A DNA stretch of 41,517 nt from Methanomicrobia archaeon LH_S14 (GCA_023659775.1 JAGXOS010000001.1:1-41517); one strand, 5' to 3'. Shown: positions 9,374 through 18,568, counted from the stretch's first letter. The notes: generated by a model from the sequence alone, not told the origin. Program-made: numbers and translations.

Positions 9374-10399
9374 TTAAAACTTTGTAAATGGCAAAATTCT
9401 CGACCCCTTTACACTTGCTCCCTCTTTTATCTCACAGCATGCACCAATGATAGAATCCGTTACTTCTGCTTTTTTTATCACCGTATTCTCACCGACCACG
9501 CTTTTATTTAGCGTGGTTTCACTCAAATTCACTTCAGAGAATACCACAGAATCATACATTTTGGTTTTCATTATCTCTGTATGGTTGCCGATAACAGCAG
9601 GACCACGTATCAAAGACTTTTTTACCACTGCGTATTCGTCAATGGCAATGTTCCCTTGAATCTCACTATCTTCTATCTCTGCGGTGTCGGCGCATTCGAA
9701 TCCTTTTTTCTCCAATATCCACCTGCTTGCTTCCATGTAGCCCTCTGGATTACCGACATCAGTCCAGAATCCATTAACCACGCAGCTATAAACCTCCTTT
9801 TTCGCTACAAGTATGGGGAATAAGTCCTTGGAGAAATCAAATAGGCTGCCCTCGGGAACGTATTCCATTGCCTCCGGTTCTATAACATACAACCCGGTAT
9901 TCGCAAGATTTGAGAAACACTCACTCGGAGAAGGCTTCTCTTTAAAATTCGTTATCCGTCCATCGGCTTCTATCTCTGCTATTCCATATAAAGATGGGTT
10001 CGGCACGGGCAGAAGAGCAATGGTCACAAGCTTTCCATGCGCCTCGTGAAACTCCATCACCTTTCTTATGTCCATGTCAGTGATGTTGTCACCCTGTATT
10101 ATCAGGGTTGTATCCGTTATTTTGGCGTTTTTTACCGACCCGGCAGTTCCTAAAGGAGAAGGTTCCTCAGGATATGAAAGCTTTAAATCTGTCCTTTTGC
10201 TGAGATAATTTATCGTTTGCTCTCTAAGGTAGTTTGTAGTGATAACGATATCTTTTAAGCCGTAGCCAGCCAGATAGTCCACTATATACTCTATTATGGG
10301 CTTGTTCACCAATGGAATCATAGCCTTTGGCGTGGTAAACGTAAGCGGTCTAAGTCGCGTTCCATACCCCCCTGCAAGGATTACTGCTTCCGTTATCAT
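9374..10399 (-). CDS. Sugar-1-phosphate nucleotidylyltransferase with C-terminal left-handed beta-helix
   Basis: N-terminal AVILAGGYGTRLRPLT signature. The C-terminal half has hexapeptide-repeat character. Sugar specificity is not assignable. Confidence 0.8.
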   Translation of the reverse strand: MITEAVILAGGYGTRLRPLTFTTPKAMIPLVNKPIIEYIVDYLAGYGLKDIVITTNYLREQTINYLSKRTDLKLSYPEEPSPLGTAGSVKNAKITDTTLIIQGDNITDMDIRKVMEFHEAHGKLVTIALLPVPNPSLYGIAEIEADGRITNFKEKPSPSECFSNLANTGLYVIEPEAMEYVPEGSLFDFSKDLFPILVAKKEVYSCVVNGFWTDVGNPEGYMEASRWILEKKGFECADTAEIEDSEIQGNIAIDEYAVVKKSLIRGPAVIGNHTEIMKTKMYDSVVFSEVNLSETTLNKSVVGENTVIKKAEVTDSIIGACCEIKEGASVKGSRILPFTKF

Positions 10400-10569
10400 T
10401 AAACCTTCCTTTAAACGTTACCAAAGGAAAAAGTTTTTCTTTTATAAGAAAGACTTTTTTAGTAAAGGTTTTTGCGGAGCAAAACCTTTCTTAAAAGAAA
10501 GCCTAAGCTATACAAAGAAATTTTTTCTTTTAGCACAGGTTTTCTTTTTTATAAAAAAAGAAAAAGTGT

Positions 10570-10851
10570 ATGATAAGAAAAGAGGAGATAGAGCATATAG
10601 GATGGTTGGCGAGGATAGAGTTAAGGGAGGATGAGAAGGAATTATTTGAGAAGCAATTGAGTTCGATATTGGATTATTTCGCCGTTCTGGATGAATTGGA
10701 TACTGAAGATGTAGAACCTACTTATCACGTAATTGGCATAAAAGATGTGGTAAGGGAAGACGAACCGAAGGAGGCATTAAGCCAGTCAGAAGTGCTGCGG
10801 AATGCACCTAAGAAAGAGAAGGGATATTTCAAAAGTCCGAGAATGTTATGA
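10570..10851 (+). CDS. gatC: Asp/Glu-tRNA amidotransferase subunit C
   Basis: 93 aa with IEHIGWLARIELREDEKELFEKQLSSILDYFAVLDELDTEDVEP, a typical GatC. Confidence 0.85.
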   Translation: MIRKEEIEHIGWLARIELREDEKELFEKQLSSILDYFAVLDELDTEDVEPTYHVIGIKDVVREDEPKEALSQSEVLRNAPKKEKGYFKSPRML

Positions 10852-10997
10852 TGGTTAATCCAAATAGATTCAGAATGTACCGCACTGTTAACCGCGTGCC
10901 TCTAATGACTGGTTTTCCTACCATAATTTTGGGGTCTAACGCAATGCGTTCAAGTAATTGATTTTGCTCTATTTTTATCTCCCGTTATATTGTAAAG

Positions 10998-12199
10998 TCA
11001 TTCTACTATATAAAAGCAATGGCGTATAACGTTGTATATCCGAACATGGTTCGCATATACATCCCTCGGTCGAACTTCTCCATCTTCTTCGTTAGGGTTT
11101 TGAGCAGATTTGAGCACCGGTTGACCATACAATGAAAGATGCGTAGCACGAAAGCCTGCATCCCATCCGTTTGAAATATCCATGCTCTGCCAGTTCTCAT
11201 ATGCTTTGTCCAAGCGCTTGCGAGCAGCTTCGAGATTGCCCTGTGCAAGATCTGGTTTGGTCAAATGAACGAGACCGTTGTGCTCCCATCGTCGCGCGTG
11301 TCTGTATTCGTCCCTGAGATTGAGCGATGCACCTTCTTCGATTGCAGCTTCGAGATCTATTGCTGCCATCTGAGTATGGCTCAACGCTTGAGTGAGCTCT
11401 TGATGGATCTTATCCCAAGACCATCCACTTTCGGTTCCGGAAAAGCGCATTATGCAGCTCGATTGAGCCAATAGAGCGGTATGTGCTGCCCAACGCCAAC
11501 GATTCTCAGGTATCGTGATATTCGACTCAAGAATTTTTATTCCTTTGAAGAAATCGGAAAAGGCATCATCGAGCTACCGCTCAGAAGTTCAATGTAGGCT
11601 TTTTCATAGATGTATCTCGCTTTCAGAGAATCAGTTCGCGGGCTTTCGGGATGGACCTTTATAATCTCGTTCCATGCACGCCCGAGTGCATTCTTCCTGG
11701 CTCTCCTACGAGTGAGTTCAGCGATCTGAAGTTGCAGGAGGCACCATGCTTCGCTATCAGTCGGTTCGGACTTTTGCTGGGTCCTTAGATTACCCAATTC
11801 TTTTCTTAGATGCCCCTGCTGTTGTGGCCGAGGGCCGTAATCAGCTCGCAACTGCGTCATGCGTTTTCGAGTTATGGGTGGTTTGCCTGCTATCCAACGC
11901 TCTCGGCATTCACGCATATTCACTATGGAGCAACAGCCTTGATCGTAGAGGGTGTGGCAACCCGGCTCGGAGTCGCCTAAGTTCTCCTTGCAAAGAAGCA
12001 ATAGATTCTCCTCAATCGTTATTGCACATTCGGAAAGTGGTGAGATATGGGCTACTTCAAGACGACGTACTTCTGGTGGTGTACGGCCGCAAGCGGCACA
12101 TTTTTTCGGTTGCAATTGCTGTCGCATCCTCCTTCTGGCAGATCTTTCCCGCTTTTTTATATCGTACAAGTCAACAAGGCGGCTGTAGTCAGTACCCAA
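10998..12199 (-). pseudogene. HNH nuclease fused to a helical-repeat C-terminal region, split by a frameshift near 11540-11575
   Basis: The upstream ORF carries CAACGR..LEVAHISP..NLLLLC..CH (HNH). Its frame ends in ...YIELLSGSSMMPFPISSKE-stop. The downstream ORF frame stays open back to 11573 (LDDAFSDFFKGIKILESNITIPENRWRWAAHTALLAQSS...), so the two frames overlap, as expected for a 1-nt indel. Confidence 0.55.
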
Positions 12200-12431
12200 G
12201 GCCTTATGGATTTCATACGCTGTTCTAAGAACGTTTATAGCAAATACTTCCGATTAGATAGACACGTCTGGTCACTTAGAGAAAAGTTTGACCGTACTTC
12301 ATTATCCTTTCCAACACATGAACTTTTGAATATTAAATCTGAAGTACTTCGCTATATTTAAATATTTCTATCACCAATTCATATTTTGAAGGATTGCTAT
12401 ACGAATGATTTACAATTAATTTTCCGGTGCA

Positions 12432-13796
12432 ATGATGAAAGAGAACGAAGAGATAAAAAAGATATATAGAGAAGTCATAGAGCGAATAAGACCAGCAAAG
12501 GAAGAGAGGAAGAAAGTAAAAGCCTTAACAGACCTTATAATCGCGAGAATAAACAAAAAAGCCTCTGAGATGGGCATAGAAGCCCATGCAATCTCCGTAG
12601 GGTCAACAGCAAGAAATACGTGGGTAAGTGGCGAGGCGGACATAGATATATTCATCATGTTCCCTGCGGATATGTCAGAAGAGTATTTAAAAGAGAAGGG
12701 TCTTGCACTCGCAAAAAGCATTTCCGACAGGTATGAGGAAAGATACGCCTCGCATCCTTACATCCACGCTTATTTTTACGATGCCGAAGGAAGAACAGAG
12801 CACGAGGCGGATTTGGTGCCCTGTTTTTCGGTAAAAGACGCATCGGTGTTGAAATCCGCAGTTGACAGGACTCCTTTTCATAATGAATATATTGTGAAGA
12901 AAATATCTGGGCAGGAAGAGGAAGTACTGCTGCTAAAGCAATTCTTGAAGTGCGTGGGGATTTATGGCTCTGAGCAAAGGCGGAAAGGATTCTCCGGTTA
13001 TCTTTGCGAACTGCTCATCCTGAGATATTCCTCTTTCATCGAACTGTTGAGAAACGCATCGAAGTGGAAATATGGTGAAAGAATAGATGTAGAAAGTCGT
13101 GGAAAATATAAAGGAGAAGGAAAAGACCCACTTATTGTAATAGACCCTGTTGACCCGAACAGGAATGTAGCGGCTGCGGTGTCTTTGGATTCTTTTTGCA
13201 GGTTAATAGATGCAGCGAGGATTTTTTTGGCGTGTCCCGATGCGAGTTTCTTCGCTCGGGAGAAGAAAAAAGAGATGAGCAAGGCTGAATTTGTAAAGTG
13301 CATAGAAGAAAGAGAAACAGAGTTCGTAATGGTGCTGTTTGAAGCGCCTGATGTGGTAGAAGACATATTATTTCCACAGTTGAGAAAAGCAGAAGCATCG
13401 GTCACAAGTCTGATAGAAAGGAATGGATTCAGGGTATATCGAAGTGATGTTTCGGTGGAAGGTGACAAAGCCTTTTTGGTATTCGAGTTGCTCGTTTGGA
13501 CCCTTCCGAGGGTAAAAAAGCATGCAGGTCCTCCAATAACTTCAAAATACCATTCTGAGCAGTTTAAAAGCAAATATCCCCTACGACCAGTTCGTATTGA
13601 AAACGGAAGGTATGTTGTGGAAGTAAGTAGAAGATATACGGATGTAGTGGAATTGTTAAAGCACGAGTTGAGGTCATGCAGTTTGGGAAAGCACGTATCA
13701 GAATCAATAGATAGGAGATATGAGGTTTTGAGGAACGAGGAGATAAGGTTTTTTGAAGGACTTGGCTCTTTTTTAAGGGACTATTTTACTCCATAA
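12432..13796 (+). CDS. cca: CCA-adding enzyme (archaeal class I tRNA nucleotidyltransferase)
   Basis: 454 aa with VGSTARNTWVSGEADIDIFIMFP and overall class I architecture. Confidence 0.9.
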   Translation: MMKENEEIKKIYREVIERIRPAKEERKKVKALTDLIIARINKKASEMGIEAHAISVGSTARNTWVSGEADIDIFIMFPADMSEEYLKEKGLALAKSISDRYEERYASHPYIHAYFYDAEGRTEHEADLVPCFSVKDASVLKSAVDRTPFHNEYIVKKISGQEEEVLLLKQFLKCVGIYGSEQRRKGFSGYLCELLILRYSSFIELLRNASKWKYGERIDVESRGKYKGEGKDPLIVIDPVDPNRNVAAAVSLDSFCRLIDAARIFLACPDASFFAREKKKEMSKAEFVKCIEERETEFVMVLFEAPDVVEDILFPQLRKAEASVTSLIERNGFRVYRSDVSVEGDKAFLVFELLVWTLPRVKKHAGPPITSKYHSEQFKSKYPLRPVRIENGRYVVEVSRRYTDVVELLKHELRSCSLGKHVSESIDRRYEVLRNEEIRFFEGLGSFLRDYFTP

Positions 13797-14553
13797 TCCT
13801 CTTACACACATCAGGATAAACCTCCGAAATATTCCCTTTTGCTTCTCTGAACACGTCTTTATCCAAACTAATTATCTCTCCTCTTTTATCGTATGCTTCC
13901 TTATCCCAGAACCTGCATACATCCGGCGTGCCAACCTCATCGGCAAGAATTATATCTCCTTCCTCTTTGCTTCTACCATATTCCAGCTTGAAATCCGCCA
14001 ATATTATTCCTTTTTGGGTTAAGTAAGACTGCATTATATCGCCTATTCTTCTCGTCTCCTTTTTTATATGCTCTATTTCACTTTTCCCCATCCATCCTTT
14101 CTCTATTATCTCTTCCTCTGCTATCGGTCGGTCAATGCTCTCGAACTTAGTGGTGAACTCCAAAAAGCTTTTAGTTAAAGGCATTCCCTCTCTCCTTTCT
14201 TCTTGCACGAGGAAATCGCCGCTAATATCTATCTCACCTCTTTCATATCTTTTCCATAAAGAGCCGTACAGGAAGTTTCGAGCTATCACCTCCACCGGCA
14301 AAAGACTGACTTCCTCTGCAACTAACACGTTTGGAGGCACACATTCCTTGAAGTGTGTTTTTATTCCCTCTGCTTGCAGCTTCTCAAACCAAAAACAGGA
14401 TAGTTTACAGCAAATTTCTCCTTTACTCGCGTATTCTCCTTTTTTCTTGCCGTCAAACGCAGTAACTCTATCGGTAAATACGAAGATAATATCCCCATCA
14501 GATTGATAAATGTCCTTCGCTTTTCCACTTCTTATGTACTTTGCATTCTTCAT
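13786..14553 (-). CDS. purC: SAICAR synthetase
   Basis: GKAKDIY start block and the LADFKLEYG motif. Confidence 0.9.
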   Translation of the reverse strand: MKNAKYIRSGKAKDIYQSDGDIIFVFTDRVTAFDGKKKGEYASKGEICCKLSCFWFEKLQAEGIKTHFKECVPPNVLVAEEVSLLPVEVIARNFLYGSLWKRYERGEIDISGDFLVQEERREGMPLTKSFLEFTTKFESIDRPIAEEEIIEKGWMGKSEIEHIKKETRRIGDIMQSYLTQKGIILADFKLEYGRSKEEGDIILADEVGTPDVCRFWDKEAYDKRGEIISLDKDVFREAKGNISEVYPDVCKRIME

Positions 14554-14586
14554 TTTATCTTTTGTATTTGTTCAGCTCATTTTTGT

Positions 14587-14620
14587 AACCACAAGATTAC
14601 ACAGATTTTCACGAGAAAAA
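14587..14620. repeat. Copy 1 of a 33-nt repeat (AACCACAAGATTACACAGATTTTCACGAGAAAA), followed by TCTCGTGG and a T7 run
   Basis: Matches the reverse complement of 16651-16683 at 32 of 33 positions. The 3' part forms the hairpin CACGAGA-AAAA-TCTCGTG. Confidence 0.85.
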
Positions 14621-14632
14621 TCTCGTGGTTTT

Positions 14633-14645
14633 TTTAATATAAATA
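14633..14645 (+). promoter_or_regulatory. Candidate TATA box for hisB
   Basis: TTTAATATAAATA lies about 35-45 nt upstream of ATG 14678, which would leave a short leader containing AAGGT. Confidence 0.35.
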
Positions 14646-14677
14646 TTTTTCTTATAAAAACAAAAGGTTGTGAAAAA

Positions 14678-15256
14678 ATGAGAACGGCAAGCATAAAAAG
14701 GAAGACAGAAGAAACGAATGTCGAGGTGGAATTGAACCTTGACGGTGTTGGAACGCATGATATAAGCACAAAGGTAAAATTCTTTGACCACATGCTCGCT
14801 ACTTTTTCAAGGCACGGATTTTTTGATCTGGTTGTGCGTGCAGAGGGGGACTTGAGCCACCACATCATGGAAGACACCGGGATTGTGTTAGGTGAAGCAT
14901 TTAAAAAAGCAATTGGTGGAGGCAAAGTTGAATCTGAGAAAAGAGAAAAGACCATGAGGTTTGGCTATGCAATTATACCGATGGACGAGTCTATTGCAAG
15001 ATGCGCAGTGGACATAGGAAGTATAGGTGGAGAAGGGAGAAGTTATACGGTGTTCGAGGCGGACTTCGGTAAGGAAAGAGTAGAGGATATTAACACTGAG
15101 AACATACCACATTTCATCAATTCTTTTGCCACGCACGCAAGCTTCACCATTCACGTATATGCACGGGGTGAGAACGAACACCACAAGATAGAGGCGATTT
15201 TTAAAGCACTGGGAATCGCATTAGACAAGGCTACGAGGATTGAAGAAAGAAAGTAA
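14678..15256 (+). CDS. hisB: Imidazoleglycerol-phosphate dehydratase
   Basis: Begins MRTASIKRKTEETNVEVELNLDG and contains the HH and HHKIEA blocks. The tracked ORF start at 14510 is an upstream extension through the promoter. Confidence 0.9.
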   Translation: MRTASIKRKTEETNVEVELNLDGVGTHDISTKVKFFDHMLATFSRHGFFDLVVRAEGDLSHHIMEDTGIVLGEAFKKAIGGGKVESEKREKTMRFGYAIIPMDESIARCAVDIGSIGGEGRSYTVFEADFGKERVEDINTENIPHFINSFATHASFTIHVYARGENEHHKIEAIFKALGIALDKATRIEERK

Positions 15257-15373
15257 GCGATGGAAGGAAAGCATGAAAATAAAAAGTTTCTTTGCTAAAG
15301 CTTTTTTAAGAAAAGGTTTGTGCTAAAAGAAAAATTTTTACTCAAGGTTTTTACCGGAGGTAAAAAAGTTGAA

Positions 15374-16417
15374 ATGTGGACAGAAAAATACCGGCCGAAG
15401 CGGTTGGATGAAATCGCAGGGCAAGACCAGGTGGTGAAACGGATAAAATGTTTTGTCAAGGAAAAGACAATACCCAATCTCTTGCTCTGGGGTCAAAAAG
15501 GTACAGGTAAGACTTCTCTGGTTTATGCCCTTGCGAAAGAGCTCTATGGTGAGTTCTACGATGAGAACATCATGCTTATAGAAACATCTGATTTCATTGA
15601 ACGGCGTAAAAAATGGCTGCGGGAGGATAAGAGATTCAAATTCTTTTACGATGAGCAGAAATCGGCGATAGACATCTTTAAGGAGATGATAAGGGAATAT
15701 GCAGCGTTGTCACCCATAAATGCCTCATCCAAATTCAAATTACTATTTTTTAGTAACGCTGATTTTCTGCCTGTGAATGCACAGCAAGCGTTGCGAAGGG
15801 TTATAGAACGGAGTAATAAAACATGTAGATTCATTTTCTCCACCACGAGACCTGCTGGCGTCATCCCTGCCATAAGGTCAAGATGCCTGAACCTCCACTT
15901 CACGCCTTTAGATAAAAGCGGTACGCTGGATACGTTGATAAGGTCAATAGCAGAGGAGGAAGGTGTAAAACTTACAGAAGGTGGTTTAAAAACGCTGCGG
16001 GAATATGCGAGAGGAGATGCTGGAGCTGCTATAAATATGCTGGAAGCAGCAGCAACGGCGACGACAGAACCAATTAATAGGAACAGAATAGAAGTAGTAG
16101 TGCGGGATGCGTTTTTTCAAAGGAAGAAAGCAGAGGAGTTGATAGATTTGACATTCGATAGGCGATATAAAGATGTGAGAGCGGGATTAGAAATTCTGAT
16201 AAAAGACGAGAGAATAGGAGGAAGAGAAATTATGCTGGAGATACATGAGGCGTTGCGAAGGAAGATGAAGGCAGAGATGGCAACGGAGGAATCGAAAATA
16301 TTCGCCCGGCTTGTTTTATACGAAGGTGAAGCGGATTTCAAGCTTTGTAATTCTTTAAATCCTATGATACATTTAGAAGAGATGATAATAGAAATGTCAA
16401 AAGATATGGGGTTATGA
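15374..16417 (+). CDS. Replication factor C small-subunit homolog with a degenerate Walker B motif
   Basis: MWTEKYRPKRLDEIAGQ, P-loop GQKGTGKT and SRC box IRSRC are present. The canonical LDEAD box reads FSNAD. Confidence 0.8.
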   Translation: MWTEKYRPKRLDEIAGQDQVVKRIKCFVKEKTIPNLLLWGQKGTGKTSLVYALAKELYGEFYDENIMLIETSDFIERRKKWLREDKRFKFFYDEQKSAIDIFKEMIREYAALSPINASSKFKLLFFSNADFLPVNAQQALRRVIERSNKTCRFIFSTTRPAGVIPAIRSRCLNLHFTPLDKSGTLDTLIRSIAEEEGVKLTEGGLKTLREYARGDAGAAINMLEAAATATTEPINRNRIEVVVRDAFFQRKKAEELIDLTFDRRYKDVRAGLEILIKDERIGGREIMLEIHEALRRKMKAEMATEESKIFARLVLYEGEADFKLCNSLNPMIHLEEMIIEMSKDMGL

Positions 16418-16423
16418 TATCCT

Positions 16424-16582
16424 TCACTTCTTCCTCACCCTTATCTCCATCTCCTTCCAGTCCTCCTTCACGCCCTTTAACGCAGAAACCGCACCAGCAA
16501 TTGCCCTTCCCATCACGTTCTGCACGAACTCGTTTGTTCCTATCTCTTCCTTATCCACAAATATCTCCACTTCTACTTCCAT
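16424..16582 (-). CDS. Small hypothetical protein (52 aa) downstream of moaA
   Basis: It is below the ORF-track length cutoff. Translation is MEVEVEIFVDKEEIGTNEFVQNVMGRAIAGAVSALKGVKEDWKEMEIRVRKK. The ATG is preceded by GAGGGAGCAGG. Composition resembles neighbouring proteins. Confidence 0.3.
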   Translation of the reverse strand: MEVEVEIFVDKEEIGTNEFVQNVMGRAIAGAVSALKGVKEDWKEMEIRVRKK

Positions 16583-16647
16583 TATTTTCCTGCTCCCTCT
16601 ATGAATGAAATATGGAATCGTTACTTATTTTAATTATTGTAATTGTA

Positions 16648-17655
16648 CTATTTTCTCGTGGAAATCTGTGTAATCTTGTGGTTAGCTAAATTCTTCTTAC
16701 CAAAAAACGGCTCTCTATATCTCATCGCTAACTTCAATTTGTTTACTATGTGCTCCTCGTCAATGTTCTCTATGGGGACGAGATTATCATTTCTCAGCAA
16801 ACAGGGCTTTATCTTTCCTTCGGAGGTTATTCTTAACCGAGAGCAATTTGCACAGAACTCTGTGTTATCTATCGGATGAACAACCTCTACTTCTACGCCA
16901 TCTATGAAATATTTTTGCCTGTGCTGCAGCCGTCTCGTTTTTATAGCAGATGCCTTCGATTTGAGTTCCGCTTCGACCCCATAAAAGTCAGCTTCATAAG
17001 TTAGCATGGAAGGGTTAAAAGAAGGAATCAATTCTATTAGCTGCAGGATTGCCACTCCCCTCCCACCTCTTTTATTGCACTCACGCACAAAATCCATCAT
17101 GCCAACTATCTCATCCTCGTTTATTCCTTTCAGGAGAACCATGTTCAGCTTGACCGGCGTAAGACCTGCATCAATCGCACTGTATATACCATCAATCACC
17201 TTTGGAAGATTGTTTCTCGAAGAAGTGATGAAATCATATCTTTCCTCTTTAAGCGAATCCAGACTGACGTTCACCCTGTCCAAGCCTGCATCTGCAAGTT
17301 CAGCCGCATATTTGCTCAAGAATACGCCATTTGTAGTTACCGATATGTCGTCTTCAAAATCTCTCATGCCTTGAACTATGTCCACAAGGTCATCTCGCAT
17401 CAAAGGCTCGCCACCTGAAAATTTTATCTTCCTTATGCCAAAATAACCCGATGCAACTCTTGCTATCTCTATTACGAGTTCAGCACTTATTTCTTCCCTA
17501 TTTCTTTCCCCTCTTCTCCATTCTCCTTCATTATGACAATAGATACAATTCAAGTTACAGCAGTTCGTGATAGAAAATCTTAAACTCCTTATCTCCCTGC
17601 CGTAATCGTCTATTAATCTTTCTTTACACCCTTTATCTCCTTTTTGGTTTTTCAT
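16648..17655 (-). CDS. moaA: GTP 3',8-cyclase (molybdenum cofactor biosynthesis MoaA)
   Basis: CNLNCIYCH radical SAM motif, FSGGEPLM, and a C-terminal CANCSRLRITSEGKIKPCL second-cluster motif. Confidence 0.9.
   Translation of the reverse strand: MKNQKGDKGCKERLIDDYGREIRSLRFSITNCCNLNCIYCHNEGEWRRGERNREEISAELVIEIARVASGYFGIRKIKFSGGEPLMRDDLVDIVQGMRDFEDDISVTTNGVFLSKYAAELADAGLDRVNVSLDSLKEERYDFITSSRNNLPKVIDGIYSAIDAGLTPVKLNMVLLKGINEDEIVGMMDFVRECNKRGGRGVAILQLIELIPSFNPSMLTYEADFYGVEAELKSKASAIKTRRLQHRQKYFIDGVEVEVVHPIDNTEFCANCSRLRITSEGKIKPCLLRNDNLVPIENIDEEHIVNKLKLAMRYREPFFGKKNLANHKITQISTRK
16651..16683. repeat. Copy 2 of the 33-nt repeat, inverted relative to copy 1
   Basis: The reverse complement is AACCACAAGATTACACAGATTTCCACGAGAAAA. 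It overlaps the last codons of moaA. Confidence 0.85.
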
Positions 17656-17684
17656 CTTTTTAAGACTTTGAGTCTCTGTTTAGC

Positions 17685-17864
17685 TTAGCACTCCTCAATC
17701 ATCTTGTTAATTACTCCCTTCATATCCTCGTATTCACGCTGTGAATAGACATGTGGTTCAAGACGAGGTATATCAAGGATACTTTTAATGGAGTTGTATG
17801 CGTCTTCTTTTTCCTCTCCTTTGTATACAACAAGCAAATCCACATCGCTCGCTACTGATAACAT
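17685..17864 (-). pseudogene. N-terminally truncated minimal nucleotidyltransferase (MNT/Pol-beta superfamily) fragment
   Basis: 59-aa ORF MLSVASDVDLLVVYKGEEKEDAY...EPHVYSQREYEDM. It keeps the SDxDLLVV acidic motif but lacks the upstream GS motif. Stops lie immediately upstream. Confidence 0.45.
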
Positions 17865-17961
17865 AATTTATTAAATAAAAGTTTTATCTATTATTTTTTC
17901 ATTCATTGAATTCTAAATTATGCGGAGTGTAGTTAAGTGACCAGAGAAAGAGAAAACACAC

Positions 17962-18543
17962 TCACAGCCACATACTCATCAATACAACAATCGCAATCCC
18001 AAAAGTAACCCCGTATATCCTCTTATCCCATGCTAACACCTTCTTTCCATCTAATATGCTAATCGGAATCATATTGAAAGCAGCCAGCAATGCGTTTATT
18101 ATCACGCCAAACCAGCCTATGTCTTTAAAGATACCCGGAGGAGCAAGGATGAAAAGGGGTAAGAAAAGAAAAGCTAATGCCACGTTCGTCACTGGACCTG
18201 CCAGTGCTATCTTCCCATTCTCCTCTATCGTGAGATAAGGATTGAATATCATGACAGCGCCGGGAGCTGCAAATATGAACCCCATAAAAGCTGTTAGTAT
18301 TGCCACGAGCAACATAAAAGGTGCCATCCTGAACTCAGACCATGCGCCATATCTCTGAGCGACCACTTTATGAGCGAGTTCATGGAAGATGAATGCGAAG
18401 CCAACGGTAACTGCCGAAATAATAAATATTGAAAACAAACTTCGACTGTGCCATCCTCGTAAGAGAATGGCAAAGGCGAAAGAAATAGCCAGCCATGCGA
18501 TCAAAAGATGCTTTATTTCTGTTTCGCTTGTTTTTATCGGCAT
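17962..18543 (-). CDS. M50 (site-2 protease family) membrane metalloprotease
   Basis: HELAHK zinc motif inside a polytopic membrane protein. Confidence 0.8.
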   Translation of the reverse strand: MPIKTSETEIKHLLIAWLAISFAFAILLRGWHSRSLFSIFIISAVTVGFAFIFHELAHKVVAQRYGAWSEFRMAPFMLLVAILTAFMGFIFAAPGAVMIFNPYLTIEENGKIALAGPVTNVALAFLFLPLFILAPPGIFKDIGWFGVIINALLAAFNMIPISILDGKKVLAWDKRIYGVTFGIAIVVLMSMWL

Positions 18544-18568
18544 TTTTACACGGTACTAAGTTAATTAA

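Noticed and set aside
16414-16608. 64-aa Pro/Ser-rich plus-strand ORF after the rfc-like gene
   Set aside because: It is low-complexity sequence. The opposite strand carries a more protein-like 52-codon ORF with a ribosome-binding site.
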